Of a DNA stretch of 14,506 nucleotides, positions 10,681 to 14,506 are shown piece after piece. The DNA is taken from positions 1-14,506 of the forward strand of contig CAXHJY010000820.1 of NCBI GenBank assembly GCA_964016885.1, written 5' to 3'. Within the stretch, counting starts at the first letter, position 1. Each line of letters begins with the position of its first letter. The DNA comes from Eledone cirrhosa. Its lineage: Eukaryota. Below the pieces are notes generated by a model. It saw only the letters and a list, made by a program, of their open reading frames with translations, was not told the DNA's origin and searched no databases. The position numbers and the translations under genes were made by a program.

Positions 10681-11118
10681 TTGAAATAACTTTTGTTTAA
10701 ATTTCTTGAAACATTTTGTGCGAACGTAGAGATCCATCAAGGCCTAGACATCAATCCCCTACTTTATATTATAATCCTATAGTTGGGATATTTTCTGTTT
10801 ATGTGACTCCAGCTAAGAATGGGAAGTGGGTCAGAGACCAAGGAAGCCACTAGAGATTGAGATTCTAAATAAATAAATCCATAGTTTCTTTCCTAGGAGC
10901 TTACAGAACTAAATAATTGAATTTATAAATATATAAACACTGAAGACAATACATGATAAATGAATCAATGAACAGATAAAAGATAAACGTCGACCATTTA
11001 AATAGGATTCTGGCAGAGTGACCAAGTGTTGGCATAGCTTGTTGAGCCATTGCCAGCATCTCTTCATACAGTTGGATGCCATGGATGGTGTGTAAACCAA
11101 TAGTGGTTTGGTGGAGCC

Positions 11119-11330
11119 TTAACCCTTATGATGATTTTCAAAATGTTTTGAAAATAATGAAGAATTCGGAGGGGTTTAGTAAAATAAGTAAAATAACTCT
11201 TTTGTTAACATATTTCTAATGAAAAAAAAAACACCATGTGTGATTTTGAAAATAACCTGGTATTTGGAGAGATTTAGTAAAATAAGTAACTTTCTTGTTA
11301 TTAAGCTGGTGTTTTTAACATAATTTTACA
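11119..11330 (+). repeat. Dispersed AT-rich repeat, possibly a decayed MITE starting TTAACCCTT; related copy at about 11770-11890
   Basis: TTTGGAGAGATTTAGTAAAATAAGTAACTTTCTTGTTATTAAGCTGGTGTTTTTAACATAA at about 11263-11323 resembles TTTGGAAGGATTTAGTAATATAACTAACTTTCTCACTATTAAGCTGGTGTTTTGAACATAA at about 11830-11890. Confidence 0.6.
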
Positions 11331-11392
11331 AAGGTTCATTCACAGAATTGTAATAATTTTGCTTTTAGATGAATATAAACATTTTAGCCCTT

Positions 11393-11560
11393 TTAACCTT
11401 TTAGTATTTGCATTACTCTGTATATATTGTGTATTTTCGAAGCAATAGGCTTTACCTCACATAATTATCTCACATAATACTGAATTTATGAGATTTTGAT
11501 ATTATTTGTTTTGAGAACAATTCTGACCGGATACAGCCGGTTTAAATACTAAAGGTTTAA
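11393..11560. mobile_element. 168-bp TTAA-flanked MITE (piggyBac-like ends)
   Basis: The left end TTAACCTTTTAGTATTT and right end AAATACTAAAGGTTTAA are near-perfect inverted repeats, with TTAA at both outer edges. Confidence 0.7.
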
Positions 11561-11568
11561 CTCATTTT

Positions 11569-11765
11569 GGTGCCATGATAAAAGGTATTCAGTCCACACA
11601 GTAAATGTGGTTGGCATTAGAAAGGGCATCCAGATATAGAAACCAAGCTAGAAACAGTTTTGTATGAACAAGACATGGTCATCTGACTTGACTTGACTTA
11701 CGATGAGACAACTCATCTAACCCATGCTAGCATGGAAAAGTGGATGTTAAACTGTCATGATGATA
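11569..11765 (+). mobile_element. SINE-like repeat with RTE-related 3' tail
   Basis: GTGGTTGGCATTAGAAAGGGCATCCAG.TATAGAAACC ... AACCCATGCTAGCATGGAAAAGTGGATGTTAAA..ATGATGAT is the reverse complement of the motifs at 3493-3630. Confidence 0.75.
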
Positions 11766-12140
11766 ATACCAAATTTCTAATAAATGATACTTCCTATGAT
11801 TTACAAATAACTTTGTAAAGAATCAAGGATTTGGAAGGATTTAGTAATATAACTAACTTTCTCACTATTAAGCTGGTGTTTTGAACATAACAGATATTTA
11901 GATAAAATTAAAACACAAGCAGCATCCTCGTGTAAGAAATATGACTATAAATGGTTAATGTTGTTATTATTGAGATTGTTGTTGACATATATATATATAT
12001 TAGGATTGGTGCCCTGAAATAGCGATGTATACATGAATGTATGTATAATATATTTGGCAATATACCATATGTTTAATTAAAAACATTTTGGAGACCTTGC
12101 GTTATCATTTTTAAAGTAGTGACTATGTCACTTACTTCTT

Positions 12141-12231
12141 TTTTCGGCAAAAGAAGGGAGAGAAGCTGACAGATTCTGTTTCACGCTGTTGGCGATCCTC
12201 AGAGCATCGTACTCCCTGCCTCTGCCGAAAA
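12141..12231 (-). ncRNA. Type I hammerhead ribozyme (left arm, minus strand); predicted cleavage between 12168 and 12167
   Basis: Exact reverse complement of 12286-12376. Confidence 0.88.
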
Positions 12232-12285
12232 TTATAGAGGCTGGATTCTTATAGAATTCCAGTAAGAATCAGGAACTGATTATAA

Positions 12286-12376
12286 TTTTCGGCAGAGGCA
12301 GGGAGTACGATGCTCTGAGGATCGCCAACAGCGTGAAACAGAATCTGTCAGCTTCTCTCCCTTCTTTTGCCGAAAA
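12286..12376 (+). ncRNA. Type I hammerhead ribozyme (right arm); predicted cleavage after GUC at 12349
   Basis: CUGAGGA (12315-21), stem II U-CGC-CAACA-GCG-U, GAAA (12335-38), stem III ACAG-AAU-CUGU, C17 at 12349. Stem I is GAUGCU/AGCUUC, then a UAC/U internal loop, then a 20-bp distal helix 12286-12305 with 12357-12376. Confidence 0.88.
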
Positions 12377-12505
12377 AAGAAGTAAGTGATATAGTCACTA
12401 CTTTAAAAATGATAACGCAAGGTCTCCAAAATGTTTTTAATTAAACATACGGTATATTGCCAAATATACTATACATACATTCATATATATATATATATGT
12501 ATATA

Positions 12506-12549
12506 TCATCATCATTGTTTAACGTCCATTTTCCACGCTAGCATGGGTC
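12506..12549 (-). mobile_element. Short SINE/RTE 3'-tail fragment
   Basis: CATCATCATTGTTTAACGTCCATTTTCCACGCTAGCATGGGT is close to the reverse complement of the tail at about 11720-11765. Confidence 0.7.
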
Positions 12550-12754
12550 TGTATATATATGTATACATACATACATATATATGTATACATACATATATAT
12601 GTATACATACATACATATATATTTAATTTGTTGGAAATCCAACAAATATAGATGTTTATAACTGATTCAGAGCACTCAACAGATTTCTGGAGTAAGTATT
12701 CAATGATATTAAATAAATGGCAACTATATTTATAAAACCATATTTATTCTATTC

Positions 12755-12910
12755 GGACGCCATGCTTTCCAGCATAGTTACGTCCCCTTACGATCTGAGT
12801 TCAAATCCCGCCGAGGTTGACTTTGCCTTTCATCCTTACGAGGTCGTTAAAATAAAGTACCAGTAATGCACTGGGTAATTGCTGGCCTTGTGCCTAAAGT
12901 AGAAACAATT
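12755..12910 (+). mobile_element. tRNA-derived SINE (5'-truncated) with a Meta-domain-like core
   Basis: A Pol III B-box-like GAGTTCAAATCC at 12797-12808 is followed by GACTTTGCCTTTCATCCTTACGAGGTCGTTAAAATAAAGTACCAG, which resembles the MetaSINE core as I recall it. Confidence 0.7.
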
Positions 12911-12960
12911 ATATATATTTCAAGGGTACCAAACATTTTGGTACGCTATCATCAGATAAA
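12906..12960 (-). ncRNA. Hammerhead-like motif with intact core but weak or truncated stem I
   Basis: Minus strand reads UUUAU-CUGAUGA-U-AG-C-GUACCAAA/AUG/UUUGGUAC-C-CU-U-GAAA-UAUAUA-U-A-AUUG. It has an 8-bp perfect stem II core and a palindromic stem III AUAUAUAU. The 3' strand of stem I runs into the SINE end. Confidence 0.55.
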
Positions 12961-13035
12961 ATACAAAATGTTTTATAAATATTTGACATGACCAAGGATA
13001 ATATACCTTAATGGTTCAAGTTATCCCTGGAAAGT

Positions 13036-13364
13036 GTATATATATATATATTATTATACATACATACATATATATGTATACATACATATATGTATACATA
13101 CATACACATATATGTATACATACATACATATATATGTATACATACATACATATATATGTATATATACATACATACATATATATGTGTACATACATACATG
13201 TCTATATGTATACATACATATACATGTATACATACATATACATGTATACATACATATATATGTATACATGCATACATATGTATACACACATATATTTGTA
13301 TGTATACATACATATATATGTGTGAGTATACATATATATGTGTGTGTATATATATATATACATA

Positions 13365-13406
<42 letters not shown>
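13036..13406. repeat. Compound (TACA)n/(TA)n microsatellite
   Basis: Directly visible. Confidence 0.96.
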
Positions 13407-13410
<4 letters not shown>

Positions 13411-13783
13411 TTTGTGGTTTTCATTTGTTTTTTTTATTGTTTTTTTTTTTAGAGTGAGTCATCTGTAGAAGGTTCATGATGAAAAGAAGGGAAAGAAGAC
13501 TTGATATGGGAAAGAAAGAAAGAACAGCAAGCAATTAAGGAACCAACAGCAACAACAATGAAAATTAAAAGCAATGAAGAGGAGGAAGGAGGAAGAGATA
13601 CTGGGGAAGTGAGGAGGTTCAGAAAGATAGAAAAGATGAAAGGCAAGCTAGAGAGGAGAACAACAACAACAACAACAACAAATACAAGATGGGGAGAAAG
13701 GGGAGACAAACAAAAACAAAAAAAACAACACACAAATATTGTATAACTTCAAACTCCTTCCCGCCATTACAATTCCTACCGAT

Positions 13784-14506
13784 ACTACCACCTTCACTAC
13801 CACTATAACAAGTCCCACCGCGACTACTACTACATTTAGTACCACTACTATAAGTACCACTGCTACTACTACTTCCACTACCACTATAAGAAGTCCCACC
13901 ATGACTACTACTACCTCTAGTACCACTATTACAAGTACCACTGCTACTACTACTACTACATTTAGTACCACTACTACAAGTACCACCACTACTACTACTT
14001 CATTTAGTACCACCACTACTACTACTTCATTTAGTACCACTACTACAAGTACCACCACTACTACTACTTCATTTAGTACCACTACTACAAGTACCACCAC
14101 TACTACTACTACATTTAGTACCACTACTACAAGTACCACCACTAGTACTACATTTAGTACCACTATTACAAGTACCACTACTACTACTACTTCATTTAGT
14201 ACCACTACTACAAGTACCACCACTACTACTACTACATTTAGTACCACTACTAGAAGTACCACCACTAGTACTACATTTAGTACCACTATTACAAGTACCA
14301 CTACTACTACTACTTCATTTAGTACCACTACTACCAGTCCCACCGCTACTACTACTACTTCTACTATATTTAGTACCACTACTACAAGTCCCACCGCTAC
14401 TACTACTATATTTAGTACCACTACTACAAGTCCCACCGCTACTACTACTACTTCTACTACATTTAGTACCACTACTACCAGTCCCACCGCTACTACTACT
14501 ACATTT
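13784..14506. repeat. (ACT/ACC)-derived minisatellite, unit about 39-45 bp (TTTAGTACCACTACTACAAGTACCACCACTACTACTACT..), running off the window
   Basis: The recurring TTTAGTACCAC anchor is directly visible. Confidence 0.93.

Larger units (their letters stand above)
12033..12484. mobile_element. 452-bp palindromic element: 204-bp inverted arms (12033-12236 and 12281-12484) around a 44-bp spacer; probable inverted pseudo-LTR pair of a Penelope-like/retrozyme element
   Basis: Base-by-base comparison gives 201/204 identity, with mismatches at 12048/12469, 12067/12450 and 12127/12390. Each arm carries an HHR, and the outer ends run into TACA/TA microsatellite. The palindrome is certain; the family assignment is inference. 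Confidence 0.85.

Noticed and set aside
11005-11096. Possible terminal exon DSGRVTKCWHSLLSHCQHLFIQLDAMDGV* continuing the 8788 exon
   Set aside because: The acceptor has no pyrimidine tract and I recognise no homology.
12033-12484. Palindrome as a classical DNA-transposon MITE or a pre-miRNA
   Set aside because: There is no clear target-site duplication or recognisable TIR signature, the stem is far longer than a pre-miRNA, and the embedded ribozymes point to an RNA-based element. A foldback MITE is not fully excluded.
12790-12812. tRNA gene
   Set aside because: Only a B-box/T-arm-like segment is present. There is no cloverleaf and it is followed by a SINE core.
13648-14487. 279-aa poly-valine ORF on the minus strand
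   Set aside because: It is the antisense reading of the ACT/ACC minisatellite and has an implausible composition.

Overview
AT-rich, microsatellite-dense eukaryotic DNA that looks intronic or intergenic. The repeat families resemble those I recall from octopus genomes; this is inference from memory, not a search. Almost all listed ORFs are (TA)/(TATG)/(GTT)/(ACT) artefacts. The window holds several decayed RTE-clade LINE fragments, SINE-like copies, a TTAA-flanked MITE, satellites and one plausible 90-nt coding exon (8788-8877). The standout is a young 452-bp palindrome (12033-12484) with 204-bp arms differing at only 3 positions. Each arm encodes a complete type I hammerhead ribozyme (HHR), giving two HHRs on opposite strands pointing outward from a small imperfect central hairpin. 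Two further HHR-like motifs with unrelated stems lie on the minus strand (801-870 and 12906-12960), both next to AT microsatellite. Together they suggest a family of Penelope-like/retrozyme-type ribozyme-carrying retroelements.
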